Assembly (NCBI GenBank): GCA_964016885.1
Contig: OZ024742.1
Coordinates: 234,856,001 to 234,920,000 of the forward strand
Reading direction: 5' to 3'
DNA: 64,000 bases
Source: Eledone cirrhosa
Taxonomy: Eukaryota
The position numbers were made by a program, and so were the translations under genes. Numbering within the stretch: the first letter of the stretch is position 1; the number at the start of each line of letters is the position of its first letter. Below are positions 37,976 through 50,965 of the stretch, one piece after another. Below the pieces are notes generated by a model. It was given only the letters and a program-made list of their open reading frames with translations, was not told where the DNA came from and did not search any database.

Positions 37976-40899
37976 TATAGTACAAATTAAAGATGGTTAA
38001 TACAAGAACAAAATCTAGACTTGTCGAAATTGAAGATTCAGAAAGAAAGATTACTGATCTTTCGCATCATTTGTGTTATGGCGTGTTCAGGGAAAGGAAA
38101 GTGCTTCGAGTATTGTTTTTAAGTACTAGCAATGAAATTGTCAAAAGAATAGATGTCTGTCGGCCATATACTTAATCAGGACACACATACGCGCGCACAT
38201 ATATAATAATACACACACACACTCACGCACGCACACACACACAAATCACGCACGCACACAAATAGGAAAAGATAAATTATATTTTTATTCGTTAGCAATG
38301 AAATATTGGTCTTATCCTCCAATCACACTTGTTTTCTCTGTATGAAGAAGAGTAGCAGAGGAAAAGATCTGCTCTATATGTATACTGGCTTGGGCAACAA
38401 TACAGAGTTACAGCGCCAGAGTACAGAAAACAACGAACACTCATATTAACGACACTTCGTGTGAATTTATCGCTTTCTGATTCTCTCTTGAAATTCACCA
38501 ACTTATATGGTACGAAGGGAAGAGCAGATGTTGGTAGTCACTATTTCATATTTAATAAAACAATTTTGGGTGCAGCTGGGTAAATAACTAAACAAAATTT
38601 GACAACAATGGGTCTAGATTAAATGTGTGTATGTATGTGTTCTATTAAGAAGGGGGGCATGTTATGTAATTGTTTCTTTTTAGTAGAGAAAACGAAAATA
38701 AGAGCCTGTAGAATTTGTTTTTAACTTAAGAAAAATCTGAATGAGTGTAGCGACAGACTATGTCATATGGCTTAGACGGATTGATGGAGAGGAATGCTAT
38801 CAAACAAAGAATTCATATCAATTTCTTTTCTTAACGAACTTTGAGACATGGAAGCAACGAGACTAGCTCTTTGTGAGTACCACTATCGAAATGTGTAGAA
38901 TATTTGTCTGTGTACAGACAAGGACAGTTGCAGCAGTTAATTTAACTTTTTTTTTTCTCCAGAATATTGAACAATACTACTCTGGCTGTTTGTTAGTCAA
39001 GCTTGTTAGTGATAATGTTGAGAAAGACTGTGATGGAGGGAGGTGGGGGGAATAGGAAATTATATATATATATATATATATATATAATTATATATAAACA
39101 CGGCGAAAGCGTAATATCTTGTTTACATATATACAAACACGCAAATAAAAGTAAATAAATCCTTCATGTTGAATTCCAGAGTTTACCTTGCTGTCAGTAA
39201 CATATGTTCATTACTGCTTAAAAATAAAATAAAAACGCGTCGTAAAAGCAGATTTACACTATTAATGGTAATAAACCAGTTGCAGGCGACAGTACATTTG
39301 AAGCCGATCACTTGGATCACAGCCACATAACATGTTTACATGTCAGTGTATCCACTACTACAGAAACACATTTCTGTGACATAAGTTTAAATTCACTTAT
39401 ATCAATAACAAATTATGCAAAGTTAATATCACATTCTGAATATTTTCATCATCTTCTCTGAGTCGCTTTCTCCGGGTTTCATATTAATTTCATTGCCATA
39501 ACCGTAGATGTGTTTTTACGTCGAACGGATTAATATTCTTTTTCATCATGGCGAAATTACAACCCATAATACTGTCTAAGTACGGGATTGTAATTTAGCA
39601 GTATGAAAAATACAACCAATCACATGCTTTAAAATTATTGATACTTTTGATAAAATTGTATAACAATATTTTTGGTTTTATTAGAAAAAAAAAGGAATAT
39701 AAATTTTATTTATGAAGAATATTTTCACATTTCCGGATGTTGCTGCGCTATACCTCAAAGAAGGCATGGTTGGTAGTGAATGTTGTTTCATGACAATCTA
39801 GTGAAATAGATTGTATAAAACTCTTTAATTTGGTGTGAGCACTAATATACCTATTGATAAATCAGTTTTACCTATGGCAAAAATTGCATTTATCAAAGTC
39901 TGAATGTCTTTATTCGCGGAAAATGTCTTTTTTTTAAATAATTATTTAACACTATGAAGATTATTATTACACAACAAATCCATCAATCCGCATTTTTTTT
40001 TATATGCTCTCTATCACCAATCATGTCACCTTTTTGAGGTATAGTGAACAACATATCAACCCTAAACAATAAATAGTTTAAGTAAATTTCTTTTTAAAGA
40101 AATATCATCCCCAAAAGTCCCTAAAAATATTTTTTTAATATATGTTATTTTTAGACGTTAAGATAGTGTGCATCATGATTCACTGAGAACACTTGGAATA
40201 AGTGAAAAATATGACAAGCGATTACTTCTCTCGGTCTTCTCGACAACAAACAGTAGTTCGAACGACATTCCTGTTGTAGGTATTCCGTCGACTTTTCATG
40301 CATACTGTGTTTAGAATTAAATTCCCTTTTTAACTTAAGGGATGTTTGGTTTCTATTTCTGGCAGGTTGAGTCACTGCGTGGAAGCTTTCTCGTTGAATT
40401 GTGATACTGTAGTTTCCCAAAATGGTGTAATAGAAGGTTCAGGGCGAGAGTCAAGACGGGGGCCCAGTAAATAGCTGTTCCTGTCGTTAACCACTTAACA
40501 GGGTGTACCGGGTGCATTTTCGTTGCATCCAATGCTATAGGGGTTATTAGTCCTGTCCCAAAGAATGAGCCCTCTCTGCTCTGTTGGGTGTGGAGTGATA
40601 GAAGGAAGATAACTATAAAGTTGTGGCAAGTGTAGTATAATTTGACAGAGTGATGAGTATAGAGGGGGGAAAGGGTAACTTTGATAGCATGGGTGGGAGG
40701 ATGCGATTAAGTATTGACTTACTGTGACAACTTGTTCAATCCTTGCTAGCGAGGAAAGTGGATGTTATTGACTCCGTTGATTTTTTTTAAAAATCAGAAT
40801 TAGGTTTTAGTTTACATATTAAAACCCCAACCCATCCTATTTATTTTGACAGGACCACGATCTGTCATCTGGTGGTCCTTAAGGAAACAAGATGTAGAA

Positions 40900-41880
40900 G
40901 AATGACTTGTGAGAACAATGCAATTCATGTACAGAAGAGCTATCAGTAAAGTAAGAGTAGGTAATGAGTTTAGGGGGGAATTCAATGTGTAGGTAGAGGT
41001 TCATCAGAGCTCAGTTTTCAGCCTACTCCTGTTTATTATAGTTCTACAAACTATAACTGTTATGGGATCTTTTGTATGCTGAAGACCGGATTCTTATAGC
41101 TGAATCTATGGATAGCTTGAGATGAAATTCCAGCTGTAGAAACAGAACCTAGAATCAAAAAGGCTCAGAGTAAATTTCACACTAAAGTTTTAGAAAGTAG
41201 GAAAGAAGACAAAATGCTGGTCACATTAGGGAAGTAGCATTGTTCAATATGTAGAAAAAGAGTTGGTGGGAACTATATGACATACACAATATAAATCTTG
41301 AGTACACAAGGGGTATAGTGGGATAGCAGGCATAAAAGGGAGACAATGTGGCAGATGTAAAGAGATAGTTGATAGTAAGAAGATCAGTGAAATAAATTTT
41401 TTCCAATCTCAGAAATGATCCATAAAAGTAGTTAGTAGCTTTGGCTATATTTGTGACCTGATTAGCAGTGGTAGAGGATGCTCTTGGTGTAGAGTGGCCA
41501 GAATAATGACAACAAAAGGTTTTCTCTATGAACGAAAGACCAGGTGTATGATACCTGCTTGTAATGTGCAATGTTGCATAGTAGTGAAACATGGACTGCA
41601 AATGCAAAGGCTGCAGAGAAATGAAGTAAGCATGCTCAAATTAATGTGCAATATATGAACAATGAAGCATGGATGAGCTGAGAGAAAAACTGGGTATAAG
41701 AGAAATCAGAATCAGCAGTAATATGTGAAAGAGATGACTGCGCTGGTATGAGCATGTGATGCATATGGATGCTGATCGTTGAGCAAAGAAGTACTAGGAA
41801 ATACCAGTGGAAGGTAGTAGCTGTAGAGGAAAACTAAAAAATGACTTGGGCAGAGGTTGTGAGGGTAGATCTCAAATATG
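40900..41880 (+). mobile_element. Highly decayed RTE LINE 3' half
   Basis: Remnants of VHQSSV, LLYAED, RWYEHV and KMTWAEVVRVDL. Confidence 0.7.
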
Positions 41881-41992
41881 ATATGTCATTTCAGTTCAAA
41901 TGTCTCCAATTTCCAAATAAACCTAAGCTTAGAAATGTCCATCAACAAATTGAAATTTTAGTTATTGGCATTGAAAAACATTTAAGATTGTA

Positions 41993-44900
41993 TCATCATC
42001 ATCATCATCATCATCATCAGGTTTAGCATCCGTGTTCCACGCTTGCATGGGTTTGGACGGGGGTTTTCCCACTTGAGGCAAGAGTGGTTGTCTTGCTCGC
42101 ATAGGACTGTCTGGCGGGTTTTCTACAGCTGGATGCCCTTCCTAACACCAACCACATTTACAGTGTGGGGCTGGGAGGTTTTTACCGTGTTGCCTACACG
42201 GCCACATTACAGCGTGGACTGTCTGGCGGGTTTTCTACAGCTGGATGCCCTTCCTAACACAAACCACATTTACAGTGTAGGGCTGGGAGGTTTTTACCGT
42301 GTTGCCTACACGGCCACATTTACAGCGTGGACTGTGTGTTTTTTTGTCGTGACACCTACACGATCTCATTTGTTTCGGCCTGGATGTTGTGGGACCAACA
42401 TAACTTTACATTGAAAGGGGCGGTGTGGATGGGGTGGAGGTGGTGGACGGGGGTGTGTTTTGATAGAGATGCCTACTGACTGTAGTAGGTTTTACTTTGT
42501 ATTTAGGTAAGGCGGGTCTTCTCTATTACTGAGTACCGCCAAAGGTCTCGGTCCAGTGACATTGTCTTGGAGAGGTGTAAGCGTGTGAGGTCGGAATTTA
42601 TCATGTCGTCCCAGGTTTTTCTGGGTCTGCCTACTCCGTGGCTACCGTCTATCTTTATTGCCCTGCACTTTGTTATACAGCTGTCGTCTTTCATGCACAT
42701 CACGTGACCATACCAACGTAGCCTTCTCTCGAGTAAACAACATCTGATCCCTCTTATTTCTAATTTCTTCCTTAGTTCGTTTATGCTTAGCCGTTCACGT
42801 ATATTACTATTACACATCCAGCGGAGCATGCAAGCTTCGTTCCTCTCTAGTCTGTGTATATCCTCTGCACACAATGCCCAGGTCTCACTGCCATGCAGCA
42901 TTGCTGTTCGTATGCAGGCATCGTATAACCTGCCTTTCATTTTTAGGGAGAACCCTCTAGCGGCTAATAGTGGTATAAGCTCTCTGAACTTTTTCCATCC
43001 AGTTCTGACTCTAGCTACTGTACTTTCAGAGCATCCTCCCCCACTGCTGATTTTGTCACCCAGGTAACGGAAGCTGTCCACTATTTCTATAGAACCCTCT
43101 GCGCAATTGATAGAGCTAGTATTTGGTGGGCACATGCTGCTACTTATTGCACCAGAGCACCGGCCACATGTGAAATCTGTGTTCTTAGTTAGCTTACCTG
43201 TGATCCCACTACATCTTTTATGCACACATACTTTGCATTTGGGACATAAAATGGACTTTCTACCTACGCCTTTCCTACACACTGAGCATGGCCATTTCCC
43301 GGAAGGGACCGCCGCCTTATTTTCTTTCTTACAAACTAGAACGTTAGTCTTAGCCAGGTTAATTTTAAGGCCTTTTGATTCTAGGCCGTGCTTCCATGTT
43401 TGGAATTTCTTCTCTAGCTCGGCCATTGATTCAGCTATGAGCGTTAGATCATCTGCGCATAGGAGTTCCCATGGGCAGCCAGTCTTGAACTCCTCTGTTA
43501 TAGCCTGAAGGGCAATAATAAATAGTAGGGGGCTAAGAACAGAGCCCTGATGGACACCAACTTTTACGCTAAACTCTTCACTATATTCGTTGTTAATTCT
43601 AACCTTACTGACTGTTTCTTTATACATGGCTTGTATAGCTCTCACAAGCCATTCGTCAACACCTAGTTTTCTAAGAGCCCACCAGATAATGGAACGGGGG
43701 ACTCTGTCGAAGGCTTTCTCCAAGTCGACAAAAGCTAAGTATAGGGGTTTACTTTTAGCTAGGTACTTCTCCTGTAGTTGTCGTACAATGAAAAGAGCAT
43801 CTGTGGTACTTTTGCCTGACACAAACCCGAACTGCATTTCATCTAGATCAATTCTCTCTCTGATTAGTTGCGCTATTACTTTTTCCGTGACCTTCATGAC
43901 CTGGTCGATTAATTTAATGCCTCTATAGTTACTCCTATCTAGGGCATCTCTTTTTCCCTTATAGCAGTTAACGATGATGCTGCTACGCCAGTCCTTCGGA
44001 ACAACCCCATTCTGTACGACTTGGTTATCTATCCGGGTGACCATGGTGTGTCCCACCGAACCAGATGCCTTCAGCATCTCAGCAACTATTTCCGAAGGCC
44101 CAGCCACCTTACCCGTCTTCATATCTTTGATTGCCTTACTTATTGTACTACCCTCGACTAACACTGCTGGTCCCTCTATTGGGTCGATGTGGGGGAGACT
44201 GTCTTTCTTCCATTTATTCTCCTCATTTAGAAGCCTTTCGTAGTGACCCTTCCAAGCTACCTTCTTATCAGCGTCGGTGATGGCAAGTATGCCATCATCG
44301 TTAAGTACACACTTCTCCCCGACAATATCACGGTTTTCCTTGACACATTGCCTAGCAATCCTGAACACCTCACGTTTTTGGTCCTTGCGTTGTAGAACAT
44401 GCTTGAACTTTCTTTCCTCTGCTTCCCTTCTTGTGAAGTACACTTGTCTCCTAGCTTCCCTCCTGGCCACTTGATAGTCTTCTCTACTTCCCCCATCCCG
44501 CCATACTTTCCAAGCCTGCTTTTTGGCCTTAATTGACTCCTCCACCTTACTGTTCCACCACCATGTTACTCTCCTCCTACCTACAGGCCTGCTCCAGCCA
44601 CAGACTTCGTTTGCCGCCATCAGCAGGTTTGCTCTCAGGAATTCCCAATGTTCCTCTATATTATACAACTCTAATTGCTCTTCCTTACTGTCGAAAGCAT
44701 CAAGTAATATGCTTTGAAATTTATTTCTGGCTATGGGGTCCTTTAGCTTCCATATTTTTCTCCTGAGGATAGTCCTCTTCCACTGTCTAGTACGTCTCGT
44801 CCTGACTATGAGGTCGCTAATTATCAGTCTATGTTGGGAGGTGAATTCTTCATGGGGGAGGGATTTAGTGTTAACAACAGACACTCTGTCACGTCTTCTG

Positions 44901-45545
44901 GTAAGGATATAATCTACCTGGCTTGTGTGTTCCCCCGATCTATAGGTGATCAAGTGATTGTCTCGTTTTTTGAAGTTAGTGTTACAGATAGTCAAGTTAT
45001 TTGCGTCACAGAATTCCAGGATTCTGGAGCCTTCCTCATTTCTAGTACCGAACCCATAGCCTCCATGGATTCCGTCATAGCCGTCACAATGTTGTCCAAC
45101 GTGACCATTTAGGTCGCCTGCAATAATTATATAGTCCCTGTTGGTTATTTGGGAGGTAGCGAGCATCAGTGTCTCATAGAATCTGTCTTTTATAGCGCCG
45201 GGCAGTCCGGATTGGGGTGCGTACGCAGATATTACTGTCACCGTAGTTTTATTGAGGACAAGTCTTATTTTAATTATTCTGTCGTTCACTCTATTTACGT
45301 CTATTATCTTATCTGCCCACTTTTCTGCTACAATGATTCCTACCCCACCCAGCCCATTGTCATTTCCCACCCAGAAAAGCTTATAGCATCGTTCTTTACC
45401 CACGATGAATCTAGCAGACCCTCCCCTCCGCCTGGTCTCTTGAATACAACAAACATCGACCTCCTTACGTTCAAGCATTTTTACAACCTCGTTAGAGCGA
45501 CCCTTTAAGGTGCCTACATTCATGGTACCAACTCTGAAGTTTTGG
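41993..45545 (-). mobile_element. Near full-length RTE-clade LINE lacking its 5'UTR
   Basis: Single long ORF, a 3'UTR with a ~112-bp tandem duplication (42104-42330) and a (CAT)n tail. Confidence 0.96.
42503..45523 (-). CDS. RTE ORF2: AP endonuclease + reverse transcriptase with PHD-type zinc finger
   Basis: APE motifs NVGTL, CIQET, SAYAP, GDLNGH, VDYIL and SQHRL. RT motifs FVDLEKAFD, GVHQGSVLSP, CADD (for YADD) and FRYLG. Confidence 0.95.
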   Translation of the reverse strand: MNVGTLKGRSNEVVKMLERKEVDVCCIQETRRRGGSARFIVGKERCYKLFWVGNDNGLGGVGIIVAEKWADKIIDVNRVNDRIIKIRLVLNKTTVTVISAYAPQSGLPGAIKDRFYETLMLATSQITNRDYIIIAGDLNGHVGQHCDGYDGIHGGYGFGTRNEEGSRILEFCDANNLTICNTNFKKRDNHLITYRSGEHTSQVDYILTRRRDRVSVVNTKSLPHEEFTSQHRLIISDLIVRTRRTRQWKRTILRRKIWKLKDPIARNKFQSILLDAFDSKEEQLELYNIEEHWEFLRANLLMAANEVCGWSRPVGRRRVTWWWNSKVEESIKAKKQAWKVWRDGGSREDYQVARREARRQVYFTRREAEERKFKHVLQRKDQKREVFRIARQCVKENRDIVGEKCVLNDDGILAITDADKKVAWKGHYERLLNEENKWKKDSLPHIDPIEGPAVLVEGSTISKAIKDMKTGKVAGPSEIVAEMLKASGSVGHTMVTRIDNQVVQNGVVPKDWRSSIIVNCYKGKRDALDRSNYRGIKLIDQVMKVTEKVIAQLIRERIDLDEMQFGFVSGKSTTDALFIVRQLQEKYLAKSKPLYLAFVDLEKAFDRVPRSIIWWALRKLGVDEWLVRAIQAMYKETVSKVRINNEYSEEFSVKVGVHQGSVLSPLLFIIALQAITEEFKTGCPWELLCADDLTLIAESMAELEKKFQTWKHGLESKGLKINLAKTNVLVCKKENKAAVPSGKWPCSVCRKGVGRKSILCPKCKVCVHKRCSGITGKLTKNTDFTCGRCSGAISSSMCPPNTSSINCAEGSIEIVDSFRYLGDKISSGGGCSESTVARVRTGWKKFRELIPLLAARGFSLKMKGRLYDACIRTAMLHGSETWALCAEDIHRLERNEACMLRWMCNSNIRERLSINELRKKLEIRGIRCCLLERRLRWYGHVMCMKDDSCITKCRAIKIDGSHGVGRPRKTWDDMINSDLTRLHLSKTMSLDRDLWRYSVIEKTRLT

Positions 45546-45560
45546 ATATATTGTATATAT

Positions 45561-45748
45561 CAGGCATGTCAAACATAAGGCCCACGGGCCACATATGGCC
45601 CTTTACAAGTAAACCCGTGACCCGCACAAGGGTTTTTACAGCGCGAGCATGTTTTATCTTCGTAATGTAAAATATAAAAAATTAGTTATAATGTGCGCAA
45701 TTAGTTGTCGTGTGTGGCCCTCAGGGGACACTCAGTTTGACATGCCTG
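45561..45748. mobile_element. hAT-type MITE, 188 bp
   Basis: Perfect 14-bp TIR CAGGCATGTCAAAC/GTTTGACATGCCTG and 8-bp TSD GTATATAT (45553-45560, 45749-45756). Confidence 0.92.
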
Positions 45749-46320
45749 GTATATATGATCCTTTTATTGTAAATAAAAAGAGATTATCTTGGACTGACTT
45801 GAAAATAAGAAATAAAATTGCTATGGTAAAAAGGGAATGTCACATGTGTATGTCTGAACTTTTTAGTTTTTACTCGCATCTCTGTATATATGAATAGAAA
45901 GAGTACCGCAGTATTTTTAGAAAAGGTGTTTTTAAAGGCGTATTAGTAATTTGATATTTAAAATTTAAATATAAAAATTTCAAGGACTGTGCCAGGATAC
46001 ACTAAAAAGAGAAACACGTTAGAAAAAAATAGCTATGAATAAGGTTTCTGAAAATAATATAAAAACAAAAAATAAAGAAAAATACAATTTGATACACTAA
46101 TACAATAATATGTATATATATACTTAAAGAGAGAGAAACGTTTGAACATGATTTATATTATATCATCATCATCATCATTTTACGTGCGCTTTTCCCTGCT
46201 TGCAAGGTTGGACGGGTCCTATTCAGCACAGCATCTCTCCACTTGTCACGGTCCTTCGTCATCTCCTCGGTGAGTTTCAGCGATCTGAGGTCTGTTCTCA
46301 CCACCTCCGCCTATGTTTTA

Positions 46321-46360
<40 letters not shown>

Positions 46361-46409
46361 TAAATATAAATATATATATATATGTGTGTGTGTGTATCTA
46401 TATATATAT

Positions 46410-46580
46410 GTCAGGTCGCTCTCGAGTGCTATTGGTAACATGTAACCCAGTACAATCTGTCTCATGGTCGGGTCATCGACAACTAAACTGGCAACCCTAA
46501 CAAGCTTGCTTGGTGAGGAGGGTGATATTTGGACACCCTGTAGGATGAAATACAAGACCCGGCAAAGGGCAGAGGAAACT
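46410..46580 (+). repeat. Dispersed repeat, probably LINE 5'UTR-derived; further copies at 54320-54500 (-) and 55658-55855 (-)
   Basis: Shared TGGTAACATGTA.C.CAGTACAA...ACTAAAC...CTTGGTGAGGAG in three copies, each next to a microsatellite. Confidence 0.7.
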
Positions 46581-47298
46581 CTGAAAAAAAAAAAAAACTT
46601 GCGGCTTCGGAAGCATCTGATGATGTTAACAGGTTCTTCTTTTCGGGTAGTGTTTTTGATGCTCTGAGAGTGGGATTGGTCGAGTGCAAAGCCTTTCCCT
46701 ACTTAAAAAATCTTCAAAGCACGGACATTGCTTGTTCAGGATATGTTACAGGTTTGTGTGGCTGGCTGTAGCCTAAAAGTGCACCAAACTCTATAATCTG
46801 ACAAGTGATTGCAATACTCTTAGAGTTTTCAGCCATCATATATATGTGTGTATATATATATATTACTCTTTTACCCTTTTACCTGTTCCAGCCATGCTGG
46901 GGCGCCATATGTATATACATATATTGTTCAGAAGAAGTTGTTTTGGTAAAAATTGGAGTAAGCTGGAGAAAGCTCTCTACATTCATAGCTTGTAGTTATG
47001 ATGGAGATTCAGTATAAGAATAACATTAAGAAAAATGTTGATGTTACATAAATCATTTATTCATGTCAGCCGGGCACATGAGAAGGACGTTTTTTTTTGC
47101 CTGCGGCATATCACAAAATCAGATTTTCATCTGAATATACCATTCCCATAACAACAAATGCATAAGTTACATCATGGATTGCATAAGGGAACCGTTGAAA
47201 TAATTATGAATAAACAATTTATGTAACATCAGCCTTTTTCTTAATGTTATTCTTATATATATATATATATATACACACATATATATATATATACACAC

Positions 47299-47331
<33 letters not shown>

Positions 47332-47436
47332 CACATATATATATATGTGTGTGTGTGTTTGCATAATTGCAAACGAATCAAATATTATTATTAATATTCG
47401 AAAAACTCAGATTACATTTATATATATATATATATA

Positions 47437-49926
47437 TAAGGACCACAGCAATGGAGGAGTGGCAATGTGTGCAGACTCAACCAGTTAGAAGCACATAGTC
47501 ACAAATCTACACAGCTCAAGTCTTATCCTAACATCATTGCACTGTTAACCTGAATAGCAGCATGCTTTGGTGGTGTCTTGAGTGTCTGAGCAGCTCTTTT
47601 TGTGGATGTACTGATCACCCATACCACATGGGAAGGGTCTAGAAAAAGTGACCTAGACAAAGCCTGCTCAGTTATCAAATTGACCAGCAACCAGTGGCTG
47701 ATGGTGGTTCATAATAGCAGGGCAAAAACCAAAAGATATTACAACAAAAAGTTCAGAGAGAATGTTGGTACTTGAAACATAAGGATACTTCTTGCCTGCA
47801 AGGGGTCCAGTAATCCTGAATATTGAACTGGTTTGATAGCAAAGGAATTGGCTTGGTATAGTATTGACATAACTGCACTCTGAAACACAGCTGAGTGGTG
47901 AGGATCAGATGACAGAATCTGGGGAGGGTTACACCTTTTTCTGGAAGAGCAAGCCTGAAGGAGAAAAGTGAGCAAAATGTAGGCTTTGCCATTTGAACTG
48001 AGCTAACCAGCCATCTGAAGCAACCCCATAGTATTAGTGACAGTCCTCAGAGTTTCCTTACCACACAGCCATTCTTTGACTATATTTTCCATTTATGCTC
48101 TGACTCTCTCCAGTAGCGAGGAATCTATAATGGCAGTCCATCAAGATCTTTGATCTTCTATTGCCAAAGTTCCAAAAGCGGACAAAATTCTTTGTTCGCT
48201 TCCAAAAGTGGACAAAATTTAATGCCAGGGTTGGTAGGGATTACGATACTTGGGGAGCATTGGAGAAACATGAATGACTGTTGACTACACCTTCTTCAGT
48301 TCTGCACTGATTTTGAACTGGCCCTTTGCAACTCCTTTTTCCACCAGAGGTATGCACATAAGGTTACTTGGATTCACTCAAGATCCAAACATGGGGATAT
48401 TCTTGATTATGTCATCTGTCGTAAATGAGACCTTCAGAATGTCTGCACTGTCTGGGTCATGCATGTTGCTGAGTGTGGGACAGACTGCTCAAAGATGTGG
48501 CAAAATGAAATTTCACATCAAACATGCAAAAAAATCTAATGGAACAAGGCTTCCTAGACGTGTAGACATGTCGAGATTGCAGGACCCAGTGGTTCATGAG
48601 GATTTGAAAAGGGCCTTAGAAGACCGCAGTCTACAACACTAGTGTAACACAAGGCCTAGATCTCAAGAAGAAGAAACATCAATACTGGTTTGACGAAAAT
48701 GATTCTCAGATCAACCAACTGTTGAAGGCAAAAGAAAAAATGCTCACCAAAAGTTTTGGAGTTCTTCAGACTGTTCTGTTTTGCTTCAGTCCTTCAAGAA
48801 TGTAAAGTCTTTGCTCCAACACAGAATCCATCGGATCAAAAGTGAATGGTGGTCAGACATTTCAATGCAGATTCAGAGTGCCTATGATCAAAAGTTCTCC
48901 AAAACATGATACCACCTGATCAATCAGGCCTTTGGCCATCAATCCTCATCTGTGGTACCACTCAAGTCCAAGGACAGGTTTGTCCTTTTCAAAAACTTGG
49001 ATGATATAATAGAATGATGGAGTGAGCATTTTACTGATATTTTTTTTATAATCCCTCAAAGTTTAATGCAGATATAATCAATAACTTTCCTGAATTAGAT
49101 GTAATTTATAAGATGTTGGCTCATCCTACTCTGGCAGAGGTCCAAAAGGCTGTAGAAGAGATTAATAATGAGAAGGCACTGGGTTTTGATGGTATTCCTG
49201 TCAAGGTTCTACTGCATGGGGGTGTCAAAATTGCTATGGAGATTTACCATTTGATTTCTCATATTTGGTCGGGTGCTCTTGTTCCTCAAGACTGAATTGA
49301 TGCGATCCTTGTTTCTTTGTTCAAGGGAAAGGGGTTAAATTGTGGCAGCAATCAGGTAATAAGCCTTCTTGAAGCAGTAGGTAAATGTTTTGCAAAATTT
49401 CTCCTTAATAGGCTTACCAAGTGGATTTGACCTTGAGTGATTCCAGAAACACTGTGGTTTTAGGTCAAGCAGGAGCACAATGAACATGATCTCAGTTCAC
49501 CAGCTGCAGGAGAAATGTTTAGATCATCTTGTCACTTTATGCCAGGTTTTTGTTGACCTCAAGAAAGCTTTTGACTCTATAAGTAGGGATTCTCTGTGGA
49601 CCGTTCTTGGTATGGTAGGATTTTGTGAGAATATTTAAACAACTTCATCAAGGTATGAAAGGAAGGCATAACTTCAATGGCTCTTTGTCTGAACCCATAG
49701 CCATCAACAATGGAGTTAAGTATGGGGACATCCCAGCACTAACTCTGTTCTCTATCTTCTTTGCTATGACTCTCATATATGCTTTTAGAATAACGATGTC
49801 AGTGTGTATCTGTTTCATGACCACAGGTTTTCAACTTGACATGCTTTAGGGCTAAATCAAATATTTTCCTCTGTTATCCAAGAGTTACTCTATGCTGCCT
49901 ATACAGACATTATTGCTCATACTGAG
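47437..49926 (+). mobile_element. Decayed RTE/BovB-like LINE (5'UTR, APE, RT), interrupted by an LTR element
   Basis: GYTFFW, FNARVG, KALGFDGIP, DLKKAFDSI, NGVKYGD and ELLYA remnants in order. Confidence 0.85.
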
Positions 49927-50965
49927 TGTGGGGCTAGGGTGCAGGAAGTGCAGGGGAAGTCTTAGAAGAAGCAAGGGGCCAGTGACATCACATCAGAAGT
50001 TTGCATGGTCTTTAGGGTTCTCTTTTGTTAGGATGCTGGACCGCATGGACGTGTGTGTTCATGACTGCTATGAATGAATGTGTGAGGCTTATTATATTCT
50101 TTGGTCAGATGTAAAACAGGTGAACGTCCACACAGAGAGATTCAATCCAGACTTGTGTGGAGATACAAAGGTAGGTCCCTTTGTTTCTTATAACAAGCTA
50201 TTTTCAGTACCGTTTTTTTTTTATTATTTACTTTCACAGACCTCGCAGACAACATCTTGATGAAAATAAGAATAGGTAGCAATGCAGTCTGTGGTGAGGA
50301 TGATGTTATCACCTGGATTAGAAAGATGAAATTGGTTGGCACACTGAAAAGCATCGAAAATGTGGCTGGCCTCATGGCACTGTATTTTGATGGTGATGCA
50401 TTAGCATTATACCTCAAAATGAACCAGGCAGACCAATTAAACATGAAGAAGCGCTCACTGAGGGGTCTTATCTTTCGTCAAACTAAGCAAAGTGAGATGG
50501 ATTGCAGAACAAAGTGAGATGGATTGGACGTGTTCATGGCGGAAATCTAGAGATTGGCTACACTAGCCGAATTCACAGGAGAAAACCTAGAAAGGGTTGT
50601 GCAGATGGCATTCATGAATGGTTTCTCTGACAAAATTTCAATGAGGCTCCAACAGTTGCCGGGTAACAATAAAATGGCCATGAGAGGGCTGCTTGTAGTG
50701 AAGGTTCTGGTGGAAGAGAAGCTGTCATGAACCCTTGTGGATATGGGCTGCACAATGACATTAGTAACCTTGAAGGTGGTTAAAAAGTAGAGTGGAATGA
50801 GTAGTGTAAGGGCAGTCAACGGCAGGGTGATTAGCTGCAGAGGTAGCAATGAGGTGGAGATGGTAGTATAGGGAATTAAACAAAGACTGCATGTGATTGT
50901 AATCGACCATGTGGTGGATGGAATAGATGTGGTAATGGTCATGGATGCAATTGACCACTTAGGAG
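49927..50965 (+). mobile_element. Gypsy-like LTR retrotransposon remnant (putative LTR 49927-50254, gag-protease)
   Basis: TG...ACA-bounded segment, gag-like LYFDGDALALYL, protease-like LVDMGC and GIDVVMVMDAI. Confidence 0.65.

Larger units (their letters stand above)
36000..40450 (-). promoter_or_regulatory. CpG-retaining region, probable promoter/5' end of the vasculin-family gene
   Basis: CG dinucleotides are visibly frequent in unique sequence here and scarce in 700-36000 (by eye, not counted). Contains the candidate 5'UTR exon(s). Confidence 0.5.

Noticed and set aside
42783-45508. Plus-strand ORFs opposite the RTE ORF
   Set aside because: Antisense shadows of the RTE coding sequence.
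46410-46500. HDV-like ribozyme in the putative LINE 5'UTR repeat
   Set aside because: Only a simple hairpin is evident; I could not build the nested double pseudoknot.
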